NCBI GenBank assembly: GCA_964035545.1
Contig: OZ037765.1
Coordinates: forward strand, 13,030,698 to 13,094,697
Source of the DNA: Bugula neritina
Lineage: Eukaryota; Animalia; Bryozoa
Direction of reading: 5' to 3'
Length of the DNA: 64,000 bases
Part shown: one piece after another, positions 1 through 13,400 of the stretch
Position numbering within the stretch: position 1 is the first letter of the stretch
Layout of the letters: the number at the start of each line of letters is the position of its first letter
Position numbers and translations under genes: made by a program
The notes under the pieces: model-generated
Told to the model about the DNA's origin: nothing
Database searches by the model: none
What the model saw: the letters and a program-made list of their open reading frames with translations, nothing else

Positions 1-1788
1 GACAATCGAGGGGGCTGAGCAATATGCACTTTTGTGCAGATTTGACAAAGCTGTGCTGGGAGGCTGGCTCCATTGGTGACAATACCGATCACCAATGTTC
101 TTTTTACTGTCTAGCAGCTCCGGATTATTCATAGAGCATCTACTGTCAGATAGTATTGGCTGCATCATCATTTGGTCATGGGATATTGTGGCATTTTTGG
201 TTTGATACTGATCCATAGTGAATGGTAGTTGTGCAGGTGCTGATATTTGTCTGTGAAACTCCATAGCTGTGTGAGCATATCGTTCTGGCTCAGGGGAGCA
301 CGATCCAACTGAAGACGCTGACTGGGAATAGTGAGACTGAGATCGAGCTGGTGATGTGTGACTATGGTATAATCCTGAAGACCGAGCTTGGTTTGTTGCA
401 TGAATAAGTTGATGGTAATGGCCACTGCTCTGTGGCGATTGTTGTTGAGTAGCAGAATATTGAAATGGCTGAAAAAATTGATGTTGCTGGAGACTTGCTG
501 CCAGCTGTTGAGGTGGTGGGGTGTGCTGCTGCTGTGTGCAACTGGGTGATGGGCTCTGACTATTAATACCCACAGTCATTGGGTCAGCTTGGCTAAATGT
601 GCTTAAAGATATTGATGCATTGATCCTCATACTTTCACATGCTGAAGTAGTTGTGGGAAGTACTAAGTGTTTAGGAAACAAGTGGTCTGAGTGGTCAAAG
701 TTAGGCTCTTGCTTGATATATGGTTCACTGGCATCTAAAATATTTACAAGATCTGATATAATATAACAAGTAAAACTGATGAGATGTCATGTTTAAAGTA
801 TTAATACAGCAGCTATGCTTTTGTTGCCATAAATATCAGCATTAGTGCATGATTTTCTTTTTGTAGCTTTGGTGCCATCCTTAAGATAAAGCAAGCTAAT
901 GGCCACAAAAAACAAACATGCTATTAGTACTGCAAGTGCTCAGCTTCACCTGCTTTAGTTCTATGTTTGCACACAATATTACATCAAATGGGAATTTCAG
1001 CTTTGTTTCCAATAGTTCTATTTATATAGTCGGTCGCCTCAGTCTGAATATCTTATTATTGTAATTTGTAATCACTGGAGCGTTTAGCTAGCTTGCGTAA
1101 TTTATTGCCACACATATTTATTAGGTACTCTATTGATTAGCATAGTGGCGCATCTATAGCCGAAGTGCGGTAGTTCAGCTAGTAACTACCTAGTTGTTGC
1201 ATACAGTAAATATATAACAATCATACAGCGGGGTATTAGTTGGAAAGTCTGCCCACATAAGCATGTTGGTTAAGGATTTGAGAAACTAAAAAGTACTAAT
1301 TTCAAATCATTTCTATCTAATCATATTTGCAAATCATCTACTGGCCAACTGTTTGTACTAATAATATTGTTTAGTTAGAATTAATTTACAAATATATCAC
1401 TGGATTATATTTGCATTCATTCTTTAGCAAAAATAATGGAATTAGCTAAACTATCAATTTGGTTAATCTTTATCCTTGTTAACAACCAAGAATAAGTGGC
1501 TATAGTAAGCTAAAATATGCATGTTCACAACTTACCAAACACAGTACTTGGCTGCCGGCAGCCTAAGTTGTCACTTGTTGGTTCAACAGGATAAACAAAA
1601 TTTCCAGAAATTGTTTCTGATAAAGTGGTTGGTGTAGTTAAGCTGACACGGGTGTTCAATATATCCTCATCTGGTATGCATAACAAATCTTCGTCTGCAG
1701 ATACTGCCTGTTGACTGGCAGTGCATTCATTTTGAACTGCTTCTAAAAGTGCTAGCTGAGACAATGTGTCTAAAGCATCCATAATCAT
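1..1788 (-). CDS. 5' part of a probable transcription factor gene (Q/P/S/H-rich N-terminus; EGR/KLF-like immediate-early candidate), truncated by the window edge
   Basis: Exon 1 is 1788-1536 (MIMDALDTLSQLALLE...PSTVF) with a GTAAG donor at 1535, phase 1. After the AG acceptor at 736-735, exon 2 (734-<1) stays open to the window start: D-ASEPYIKQEPNF...TQQQHTPPPQQLAASLQQHQ...CQICTKVHIAQPPRL. It carries an IKQE SUMO-type motif. No DNA-binding domain lies within the window, so the family is only inferred. Confidence 0.75.
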
Positions 1789-1863
1789 TGTGGTCGGTTA
1801 TTACTTGGAGTTTGTGCAGTTATCCAAAGTTCTTCTGCAGCAGCTATCCATTAGTGATCTTAC

Positions 1864-2333
1864 TTTATAACTGATGAAACAGCAAGCCATCACCAGAAGC
1901 CTCCGACATTCTCAAGAGTAATGAACTGAATTGGTGTTCCCCTTGTATTTATTAACAGTAATATCGTGAAGGGTTTCCTCCACTTCCAGCCAATGAAATT
2001 GGTTCAGTTCATTGACGTCAGTCATGCGTAGCTCATTCTTGAAAGAATTCCCGGTCAAAGTGAAACCAGCTTTGCGAAGCTTCTTTCAATTTTAAGTCAT
2101 GGTTTTGCAAATTATTGGTGAAAATTTGTGAATTATAGTTACATAATTTATTATATTTATTGTATTAGTTGTTGCTTTTACAAAGCCACATCAGTAACTT
2201 GAAAAAGAATACTTTATTAAAGTGAAACCACTTCATCAATCCTCCGGAGACTACACGGCTTTCCCAGTCCGTATATGGCTTGTATAGTTCCGCTGCGAAT
2301 GACGTATGTTCCATATAAGGAACAGGGAGTTCC
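1864..2333 (-). promoter_or_regulatory. Immediate-early-type promoter: TATA box, CCAAT boxes, perfect CRE, two CArG/SRE boxes, ETS- and kB-like sites
   Basis: TATAAA (minus) 1869-1864. CCAAT 1990-1994 and ATTGG 1998-2002. TGACGTCA 2013-2020. CCGGA 2244-2248. CCGTATATGG 2269-2278 (CArG with one mismatch). TGACGTA 2300-2306. Perfect CArG CCATATAAGG 2311-2320. GGGAGTTCC 2325-2333. Confidence 0.65.
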
Positions 2334-4439
2334 GACCATGTATAATGTCATTATAATATTATAGATAGCACGTGTATACCCAAGCGCCGTTAGTGTTGCA
2401 ACTTGCATCTACTGTACGATATAATAATAATATTATAGTCAATGCTATAGTACAATAACGCATAATGTGCAGGAGACAGGCTCTTTAGCACTCCAAAAGC
2501 AAACTTACTGTAAAATGTAAAATAGTGTAAACCTCCCAATCAACACATTTTTCTTAGTTGAAAATTTCAAGCTTTGCAGCCAATTGATCAACATTGGGAG
2601 CTGCACCTCAAAACTATAAGCTGCAAAATGTTGGTAGTGTTTTCATGAAGACTACAAAACATAGTGTATTCAATCGTTTCAACATTCCATTTGCATGCTG
2701 AATAGCAACAGCCACTAGCTATTTATTTCCAGTTATTTCTCTGGCTTTCAAATGCTTATCAGTACATGGAGGCAGACTTTTAATTATAGCAACTAGAAAT
2801 AATTGCTAACTAGAAATAGATTGCTGACGTAAAGAGTTCCCCTAAACAGTAAATTACTAGTGTGCTAATAATAGATGTTCCTAACATGCAATAAAAGTAT
2901 CTTAATTGCAGCATTTAGCTGCTCAGCTGAAATATGATCAATATAACTGAATTAGACTGAATGTAGTTACAAAATGCTGAAAGATTGCAGTGTTGTAACA
3001 TTTCATCAGTAGTAATAGATTATTTATAATAATATGCTGGTTTGCTCTGATTGCATCAAAGTACTGAACTGCACGTGCAGCAGCTAGTGATGGCCCTCCT
3101 AAACTATTAATAAAGTAATATGCTGCATGTGCACTTTTCATTCATGTCTTAATTTGCAGTTGTCTTTAGTAAATGTCATAAAACAACTGAATGAGTTGTT
3201 TGATGATTAATGCTAATTCCTAAAGTGAAGATGTTTAAAAGAATTATTTGAAATATATGGCTATGTATGGTGCATAAGCCAAAATTTAGATTTATGCAAA
3301 TAAGTTACTATCTTGGTGATAGCTTGACACAAAGCTGTTTGCATGTGCCAATTTCATTAATTAAGTTTCTGTAAGTTGCATTCCATACTAATCAAGCAAA
3401 ATTAGTTTTAAAGTCTCAAGGAACTACATTGCAAGTAACCCTACTATTTTTAGCGCTTCGCAGACATTTGCATTTTGCAACACATAAGAGCAGTTTTCAT
3501 CACCATAAGTAGTCCATGACTATTTTAGGCTAAAGTCTCACAGTTTACCAGCGACTGCATATTCTCTCTTCGACCCGTCATTAATTGGTAACTTTAGAAA
3601 ATTCCACTATATTCCAATGCTCAGGTTTTTGAAAGTACTTTTTTTGGTCTTTCAAATAAACCTGATCCGAATGTTATAGGCTATAAAAAGGGACAGCATT
3701 CAAAACTTTTAGATAACTGGAATTGTAAGATTTATAAAACTATTTTTTGTACATCTGTATGAATATAAATCTGTGCTTGAACAATTACATACTCTTGTTA
3801 TCTAGGAACCCATAACTTTTCAACTGCCAAACTACCAGCTTACATCAATCCAATACAAACTGAAATGCATGGTTTTTTTATGTAATTATAGCCTTATACC
3901 TTTACTCCAAAAAGACATTTTGGGGTCCAAACAGAGCCCCCCCCCCCTCCCCACCAATGGGTGACAATACTGGCCACCGATGAAGTCCTAGTAGCTTTAT
4001 TCACACAAACCAAAGTGTTATTTTTTTACAGAAACTGTGCGTTACATGCAATTAACTTCTGGTTGCAAAAGTCTAACGATTATTTATACATAAGTCAATA
4101 CAGATTGCAGTTATTGAGAGATGAAAGTATTAAAATTATAGTTTATGTAACGATCTAAATAATAAATGAAATTTATTGTTTTATATATGTGTAGGCACTC
4201 TTCATTAGTCTTTTGAAATAAAATATAAAAACTGTACTAATATGCTACAGTAAAGTGTAAAGATGTGTAAAAAAGCTCCCTGTCTTGTGAAAAAAACATA
4301 GAATATAGTTAAAAATGCAATAAAAAATTCGTAAAAAGAACCAATAAGATTCAAAATAAAACAAGAAATGAATAAAATAAAATGCATAGTGAAGAGAGAA
4401 TGTGTAAATAAGGTGCAAGTACTGTTCCATTCATCGTAA

Positions 4440-7400
4440 TCATGCAACTGTAATGGTTGCACTTCCGGTGAGATTCTGGAGTTGTCTCGTGTGGAGAAGA
4501 GATACCAGCTCTTTTACACCAACAGATCTTGCTTTAAAGGTTAAGGTCTGGTTGATGGTTTCTCCTGCTGGAATTGTTGACTTAAACAGCTTGGTAGGGT
4601 GGAGAGCTTGTAAACCCGGCCCATCAATATGAAGACGGCACTCGGTGAGGTCTATATCCAGCTGATTGGTGTAGCTGAAATCAACTGAGAACTGCTCATT
4701 GGCAGACACTGAGTCTGGTACGACGAGCTGTATGTCAGGTCTGTCCACCTGACAGGACTCCTTCTTGAAGTAGCATTGACCAGTTTGGAGGACCCTGGCA
4801 GTGCAGAACACAGCCACTGTGGAATCAGTAGCTATCCTATTAAGGTAGTCTTTCCCTGCCAACTCTGTATCCACAGTGATTTCTCTACCAGCTTCTACCT
4901 TCACACAACCAATAAACATTAGAATATAGAGATTGAAAGCTTGAAAAAAACATTATACAATACTTGCTAATTTTTAGTGGAAGCTTTTTAATTTGAAATT
5001 AAACTTCAAAGTTCCATCCAGCAAATAAACTATTGATACTCTATCGATTTCAATAATTATAAAATTATCAATGGCAATCAGATGTGGTGTTGCAGTTAGA
5101 ATTATTTTCTTTCTTTTAAATTTTAAGATACTCTAAAACAAAAACTAATATTGATTCATTAAAATTGTACTTTAAAGGCACTGCGCGTGTTCCATATGTA
5201 CTATGCAGTCTCAAACACCCACTACAAACTCACTTGTACATTTTCAGTCATCACCAGCAACTTTTCTCCAGTGGATCCATTGTAATAGGTGGAGACACAG
5301 GTAACTTTCACACTTATATCCATTTTTTTGTCATCTGTGCTATAATCATAGTGAAAAATAGTAGAGATCATGTTGATATACTGATATAACAGAGAAATGT
5401 GTAGAGACTTGGTTCAGAATATTTGAATTTCGTATATTTTATACAATAATATCCTTTAGTTGAAGCTTTCCGTTGAACTAAATGTATTGTACATTACTTA
5501 CTTATGAATATTCAGCTTGATGCATACATTCCCAGAAGCCTTTGCTGCACCATCAAGGTTGAATTTCACTTTATCAGAAACATCTGCTTTGTAAATCCGA
5601 AGCAATTCTTGCTTACGGGAGCTAGCAAAAAGAATAGATACAATAATAGTTTATCTTCTATGATATAACAACTCATCACATAAAAATAGCATCCTACATC
5701 CACAAGCTCTGGCACCTATCACAGCTGTTAGAGCGCGTCTATTCAGATTGACAATATTATACAGTGCTGAGATCGTGATTACCATAGAAAAACACCATCC
5801 ATAAATCTTTCCACGTCAACTGATGTGCCAATTATATAACGGTTAGAAATGAGCTTCTATCTATATCATCTAAAAATAGAGAGGGGAAACCTATGTTCCG
5901 GGGAAAGCCTCTTTATGCAGTAGTAAAATTGAATGAGTGCCAAGAATTAATTGCGAATTTACGTGAATGTGTTTCCGATAGATTCCAGACATTGAATGGC
6001 AGTTAATAGGTTTCGGAATGACTTTCAATTCCTAAATCCACTGCATTATAATATTTTAAACACTTTTAATACTAATATTTTACCCCCCAACTTTGCATGA
6101 CGATACTAAATTTCAATATAATAGTGAGTTTTCGTGGAGTAACATAAGTAGCACTGAGAAGTCTTGCTGTCACCAGTTATTGACTAGTAAATATATTTTC
6201 AGAATCTAATGTTTGTTTTTACTGGCATCCAATGCATTATTAAAGAAGAAATAGTATTGTCCAACTATAAGTAATCATGAGAGCCAAAAATGTGACCAGT
6301 GGAGGTCTTCGGTTTTAATTGGCTACAAATTAGCATTGTGGAAGTCAACATATACAGCAGAACACAGTCCCCTTGATTAGCATAACGTTACCCCAAATAG
6401 ATGTGGAAAACAGCAACTGCCAAAAGTTGCAGATGTGTGTATACTGCATCAGCATACTTCAAATAGGTCACTCTAGTTGATAGAGTTGTCTTCCCTCGCA
6501 GTTATTTACCATTGAGTGAATAGACCCAATTCACCTGTATTTGACAATGCGAGTGGTGACTGCATTTTCTTTAGAGCTGCCCTCCTTATACTTGTAATTT
6601 TCAGTGACATCTTCCCGGTCTGAGCTGCCCACAGCTTTGGTAGATATAAAGTAGCCTATAGAGTTTCGGTCTCTGTGAACTGGAATCATCTCCCCTGATT
6701 TATCTTTTACCCATTCTATTATGTCACCATTTACCTATAATATAAATGATAAACATAATTAAAATGAATTATCTACCCCTTTTCCATCACACCACAAAAA
6801 ATCAATTATGTGAGAAGAAAAGTGTTGGGCCAGTTGGTAACCTTTAATAGTAAAACTGTGATTATGACTACATAATTATAATGGGTGAATAGCTATGTAT
6901 AACAAGATACAATTTAAACTTCAGCTTACAATTACTTTGAGTAAATGCAATATCATTATACGATATTATGCAGTCCCAACAGTGGGGGAATTCTATTAGA
7001 TGAATAAAATTAGTACAAAGTATGAAAAGAAATTTGATCACTTTCTATGCCATAAAGTTGATTCCCATAGGTTTCCTACTAGATGTGCACAAGCAGACAA
7101 GCAAAACGCTGCAAACAGTACATAGTGTAAATGGAATATAGATAAATGCATTGAAAAGTATAGAGAAAGGAAAATGAGAAGGTGAAAAAGAAAGGAAGAG
7201 CTGTGTGCACAGTTGTGGTGCAGAGCTAAAAACTACTCACTAGACTGAATAGATTGGTAGGTGAAATACTGCTCACTTTCTATACAGCCTCAAGTAACAG
7301 ATTGATTTAACTAACGAAATAACACAATTTATTGACCTTTCCTGTACAATAATTTATGTTTCAAAATTGGTAAAAAAGAAGAGATGTTGGCCATCTGCTA

Positions 7401-10400
7401 TAGAACTGCTAAGTTACAGCTGATGAACTCTTGAGTCAAATAATTCTTAAAAGGTATTCCCCAAGTAGTGTAGAAATAATTTGAATTCAAGTGTTAAATG
7501 GGTAACAACATTAGTGGAGATTTGGAAGTCTCAAACTATTTACTGTCACAGTCACCGAATATTACCTCAATATAATATAGTAGAAATTACTTGTTTTCTA
7601 CTAATTCCTATTTGAGATTTACTAGACAAATGGAAAACATAAAAAAAACACAAAACAGTTCATGCTGTCATATATTTTGAAAGCTTAGGGTTGGAATATT
7701 TTGGTTATTTTTTAAAACACAATATTTAATAAACGGTTGTTAGTATTCCAATCTCCAGATAAAGTTAAGCAAACTCAAGTTTCGTGGGTGCTATAAATAA
7801 ATCTGCAGAACAGGATTGTGTTAAATTATATAGTGAAGTAAAGTACGTAAAAGCTGATAATAGGATGTGCTTTAAGCAGGAATTAAGTATCAAGAGATAG
7901 ATATTTATATTTCAGTTGTATTAGAATCATTCTTATACAATGGGCACAAAACCTATTAATTGCCAAGTAATGAATAATCATGCCATAGTAAATTTATAGC
8001 TCATTTGATACAGAAAAGTAAAGGATGCCAAGTAGCAGGAGCAATAACTCCACTACATGAGTCTTGACGCTATATATTTGTAGCAGTTGAGCTACTCAAA
8101 CCTAATCCCAGATTAGAATTAGCAAAAAAGTGATCCACTAAGGTAAAAAAATATGAAGGTCAATGAATAGAAGTACAAAAATCTGTAATAACTTGTGTTC
8201 ATTATTTTCAAATGACTAACAAGTAATTAATTACTTCCCAAAGCAAAAGCACTGCGCATGTCATTGCATTTCATTCATGTTTGCCACCTGGCAGTGTTTG
8301 TCTACGTAATTCACTTGTCAACTTGTGACCAGATATAAGTTAGTAGTTGCTTAGAATTTAGAGCTGCAATGGCTGATCATATAGCACAGGAAGTTACTAG
8401 AGAAGAGGGATATTATATGGTAACACTTATTCCTATTGGTATCAAATTTACTTCAAACTCTAAAACAGACATTATTCTTACCTTACCAAGTCAACTGGGC
8501 ATGAATGAAATAGTTGAAAGCTTAAAAATAATGAACATACAAACCTCAGCAATAATAAATTTGGAGTCATATGGAAGGTAGACCTCGCCTTCCTTGATGG
8601 CGCGGACTGAGGCAGGACCACACTGCATCACCCCTTCACTAGCCTCCTGGGGGGTGCCATCTACTGCCTGCCACCCATCATGACCATCTGGCAAATCTCC
8701 TCTCTTCAGCCAGACCTCATTCCAAACATGAAAATTCCAGACAGAATCATTGAGATCAGCTAAAGGGGTATCGTCATAGTCCCAATGTCTAAAGAATTAG
8801 AAGAAATTAAATAAAAAATTACTACATCCTTAACAACAACTTTTCCCTAATTAAATGATTACTGTAAAGTGTAAACCTACAAAATAATTAATTGTTGAAT
8901 CTTATTTGGCATATGCTTAAACACAAGTCATATTTCATAAGTAGACAAGTAGAATAATTGTAGTGCCTGGTGTCTGCACTAACTCACGTACCTATCAATA
9001 GTCATGCTGCCATCGTTGTCATGTGCAGACTCAAAGTTCGTGATGCATCTCGCAGGAATACCAACAGCTCTAAGCAGACTAGTGAGGATTCCAGAAAACA
9101 CCCAGCACTGGCCGTATTTCACATCCTTCTTCGTCTCCCAGTACTGCTGTAGAATATCTACACTGCTTATCCAGTCAGTAGGCTCCACGCCACCGCTGTA
9201 GTCACCTGTCCAGTTACCTAGTAAACACAATCATCTATGTCATCCTAAAACACCAGAATGTTACATCACAGGGGGATAACATTACAACACGAGAAAAAAT
9301 CAATCACCACACACCCTGTACTGTTACATATCATATGCCATACAGAGATATCAGCTTGAATAATCCTTACAGTCTCCATAGCAGGGGCGGGAGCTGGTAA
9401 TGCAAACATTACATGATAGTGGTCTTTGACCAACATATTTCTTGGCTATACTGGCAAATCATAATTTCTATCTCTAACAAATTTAGTAGACATCTATAAA
9501 GGTCACATCAAACAGTTTAGGTTTTGCAACCTGTGTTATAGTATTGGTTAATCTAGAAGGGCAAATCATTTTAATCGGCGCTTAGCCAATTTTCATGTGA
9601 TTCACAAGGCTTCTCATACCTTGTCTTCTATACACAAACGTGGGCGAGTTAGACTTTGTATCAACCAAAGCATGGTGTGAAACAAACAAGTCTATACTAA
9701 ATTATTATTTACTTTTACATCAGAGATCACAAATGAATAAGGCAAGAAATAAATATTTGGGTCAACTTGCCAGAAAATATGAGGAATGGTGTTGGTGCTA
9801 GGAGATTCATGGAGCAGCTCACGAGTTATATGCAAATCAATGATTCAGACCAAAATTTATAGTGAAAAAATACTTGAAATAATGGAGTAATGTTGTCATT
9901 AGCTCAGAGCTACCTATAACTGTGAATACTAGCAAATCTATAACCTGCAAAGGGCACGCAGTCTCAAAGGGAATTTTAACATAAATCAGCAAGCATCATC
10001 AATCTTTGATACAAGCAGACAAGTGATTGAATACTAATAGTATTCTAGGGTAGAGCTGGCTACAGGCACCATTAGCAACAGCCATGCAACTTACCAAGTC
10101 ATGCACCAGTGAAGTGTTCACAACATCAGAGAGCTAAGAACCAACGGAATTGCAATACATGCTTAGTTTAGTCTAAGAAGAGAACTGAAGGTTTAGTATG
10201 CTGCAGGATAATAATGTTCACAAGATAGCAGAACAAAAATCCAAAATGAAAAAACTCACTTGAATTTATAGACCTCATCCCTGTGGGAACCCATGATAGA
10301 AAGGGTTTTTCAAGAGAGCTAAGGACTTTTTTTAAATTTTGTGGCAAATGAGCAATTATGTTATGACTGAACACCCTTCATCACCAATAGCCTTTACTGG

Positions 10401-13400
10401 GGAGTGAACCTATGACCATGGTTGCCCCCTAAGATCCAAAACTCATAAAAAATGTGTTTGTATGATAGTAAGAGTAGAGTGTTTACTAGCAAACCAAAGG
10501 CTGACAAACTTCTGTGTAAATCACAAGACTATAAAGTTTTTTACTACGACAATTGCTATTGATCCAAAACTGTAGTTGGTATAACAAAAATCAGAAAAGT
10601 TTACCATTTTAACAAATAACAAGATACTGAATGCAAACCCTTGACTCTACTTTTGAATTTACTAACATTGCAGCAAGCATTCTCTTGACTGTAGCCGTTT
10701 ATACAAGGAATGGGAAAAAAATACTTCCAATATTTATCAAAGCTGTCATGAAATGTTTGAGAATTAATCTTGGATGTAAACATATTAAGATATGGATTCC
10801 CATTTCTCTGCTAATCTGCACATTAATAGGATGGAGAGATTAAGGTGGCTTACATGCTCATTTATAGAATGTTGTTTTGCTGAGAATCAGTAAACTGAAT
10901 GTGAAAAATCCACAGAATATTGTGGAGAAAACTGAACATTTGCTATAAGGTTCAACTAGTGTACACAGGCAGGCCAAGGATGACAATAAAAAACTCTGTT
11001 ACCAGGTAGCTTCACATGCAACAGCTAAACTACTACAAGCTCATACTATAGGTTAGCTATAATACTATAAAGTACAAACAAATTGTACCTTTTAAGAATT
11101 GTTTTGTTTCATGTTGAATAGAACCCATCTCAGCTTCTAGTTGTATCAGATTTATTATTAGTACTGAACATGACATTCAAATTATAATTATCCTTCCACG
11201 TATTTGTATATCTACACCGCAGTTTAACTGCCACTCAATGAAAATAAACTATTATTACATAAAAACCCACAATTATTGGGAAATCTCTGTTGGAACTATA
11301 TGGACTATAAACTTCTCTTGTTTTACGCCATGCTGACTGGCAGCATGGGCTGAAGACTGCAGAGGAGCACAGAAGCAAGGTTTACTGAATGTCCTTCACA
11401 AGGCAGCTAATGACATTGTAGGGTATAATCATCTAGTCAAGCACAACATACCTACACCTCACCAGACAAACACTCTTACTACTTTCATACCAATTACATA
11501 TTTTTAGTCATTCAACAATATTTACAAATATATATGGCAGTCACATAGAGAATACTAATTTTCACTGTTTTGAACTGTTTTGAAAATGCTTTTAGGAAAA
11601 GTTTCTTTTTGATGTGTTGCATGTGTGAGTTGTTGCCCCCTAGAAGGAATTTTTTTGGTCTTAGCTCAAGTATGTAGTTATATTTGCTTATTTATACACA
11701 AGTTTCAAGCCTCTACACTCTACAGTCACTTAATGTTTACGGAGTGATGCTGCTATGGAGAGATTAGCCAGGGGTGTTGGTGTACTAAATAACCACACTG
11801 TAACATGTTAAGTTTTTTAATATTATATATAATGGCCACTACAGTTCATAATGTTTTTAAAACTACAAAATAGTTGCAGCCCTCACTTGTTCAGCATGTG
11901 TCAGGCATGAAGCAATGGCTTATTAGTTAAAAGCAGCAGGTAAAAGTTACCAAGGCATCAAAGTACCTGAGTGCAGTAAAATTGTAATGAAAAAATAAAA
12001 GCAGAACTACTCGTATTAATAATTTCATCATAAAATTAAAAGTAATAATACAGCTGCCTCTACTAGCCTTATTATGACATACATTCATCTCCGGATGCTT
12101 ATTTGCTTTTTCGTAATAAAATTTTATTTATATTTAATTGGTAAGAGAGTCATAGTCTCATAAATTCTATTAAAAAACGCTATGGTTGCAAGCATGTAGC
12201 TGACATCATTTGAGCAACAAATTTGAACTGGTGAGCACCAATTGTTAAAATTATTGATATTTTCTTGATGCTCTATAAATTGACCAAAAAAGGTAAAAAT
12301 ACCTGAACTCACCAACTTCACTTCTCTATTTAGCAAACCAACAAATCATTCATTGTTGATCACCTTTGTTGATTAACATATTACTTTTGTGGTTAATGAA
12401 ACCAAGACACCATTACTCAATAAACAACAAATAACCACAAAAAATAATACACTGCATTCCCATTGCTTCACATTATGAATGAATTTGTGATTACTGTTTG
12501 CATGAACTTAAGGTTGTGGTTTCATTGATGCAACTGTTTTCAAACATTGAGTGAAAAATTCAATCACATAATGCAAGCTTGGAAACCTAGCGATAGTAAC
12601 AGTAAATTGTATTATGTAACAAAATTAAAGTTGTCTTTTCTAACAAATAACCTGAAATTTAGAACAAGCCAAAGGGAAAATTCAAAATCATTTTATGCTA
12701 GACTTTGTCCACTATAGGAAAAATGTGTTTTTTTCTGATCAAAAAATAGCATAATAACACTTTCATAAGATATGACAATTATGCCCATTTTAAAAAGCCC
12801 ACCACCAAACAATCTCTGAAGTGTTTCATAGGCCTTACACCAGCTAATGAAAAACTCACTCGTGTATGTACAGTAATATAGACATCTAACCTAAATGTAT
12901 TCAACTTGAATGTATCAGCAATGAGTATTTATAATGTTATAAAACTACCAAATTACTGATCAACTACGAGCATAACTTCTAAACTTACTAAGAGCTGAAA
13001 TGTGTGATGTATACAGTCCACAATATTTTTCCTTATATTTAATATAACCCGATGTGTTGCATTACTGACATGCCAGTTGGAATTGATCGGATTGGTACAC
13101 AATATATACCAAGACCATTTGTCTGATTAGGAATTGTCTGTCCTTATACTCTACATTTTTACTTCCATTTTTAGGGTGGAAAAATTGACGTTGAAACTAG
13201 AGCAAATATTCATGTAGTAACTGAATAAAGTTATTATAAAATAACTAGTTTAGAATATGTCATTTGATTTGCAGCTTAAAATCTTAATTTATTTGGTATA
13301 ACTGAGCAACAAACATTTTGGGGCACCTACAAGTGTGTGCATAGGACAAGTATCATCTAATACCAAGATTTTCTTTACTTTGAGAGCCTTGCATGCATTT

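Noticed and set aside
168-425. 85-aa minus-strand ORF in the track
   Set aside because: It is an alternative frame inside the longer open exon 734-<1, which splices in phase to exon 1.
5340-5382. Alternative transglutaminase acceptor at 5382-5381
   Set aside because: It gives an in-frame TGA within four codons; the acceptor at 5341-5340 keeps the frame.
5880-7080. Possible TIR pair GGAAACCTATG / CATAGGTTTCC around a transglutaminase exon
   Set aside because: Only ~11 bp match and no TSD; compatible with chance.
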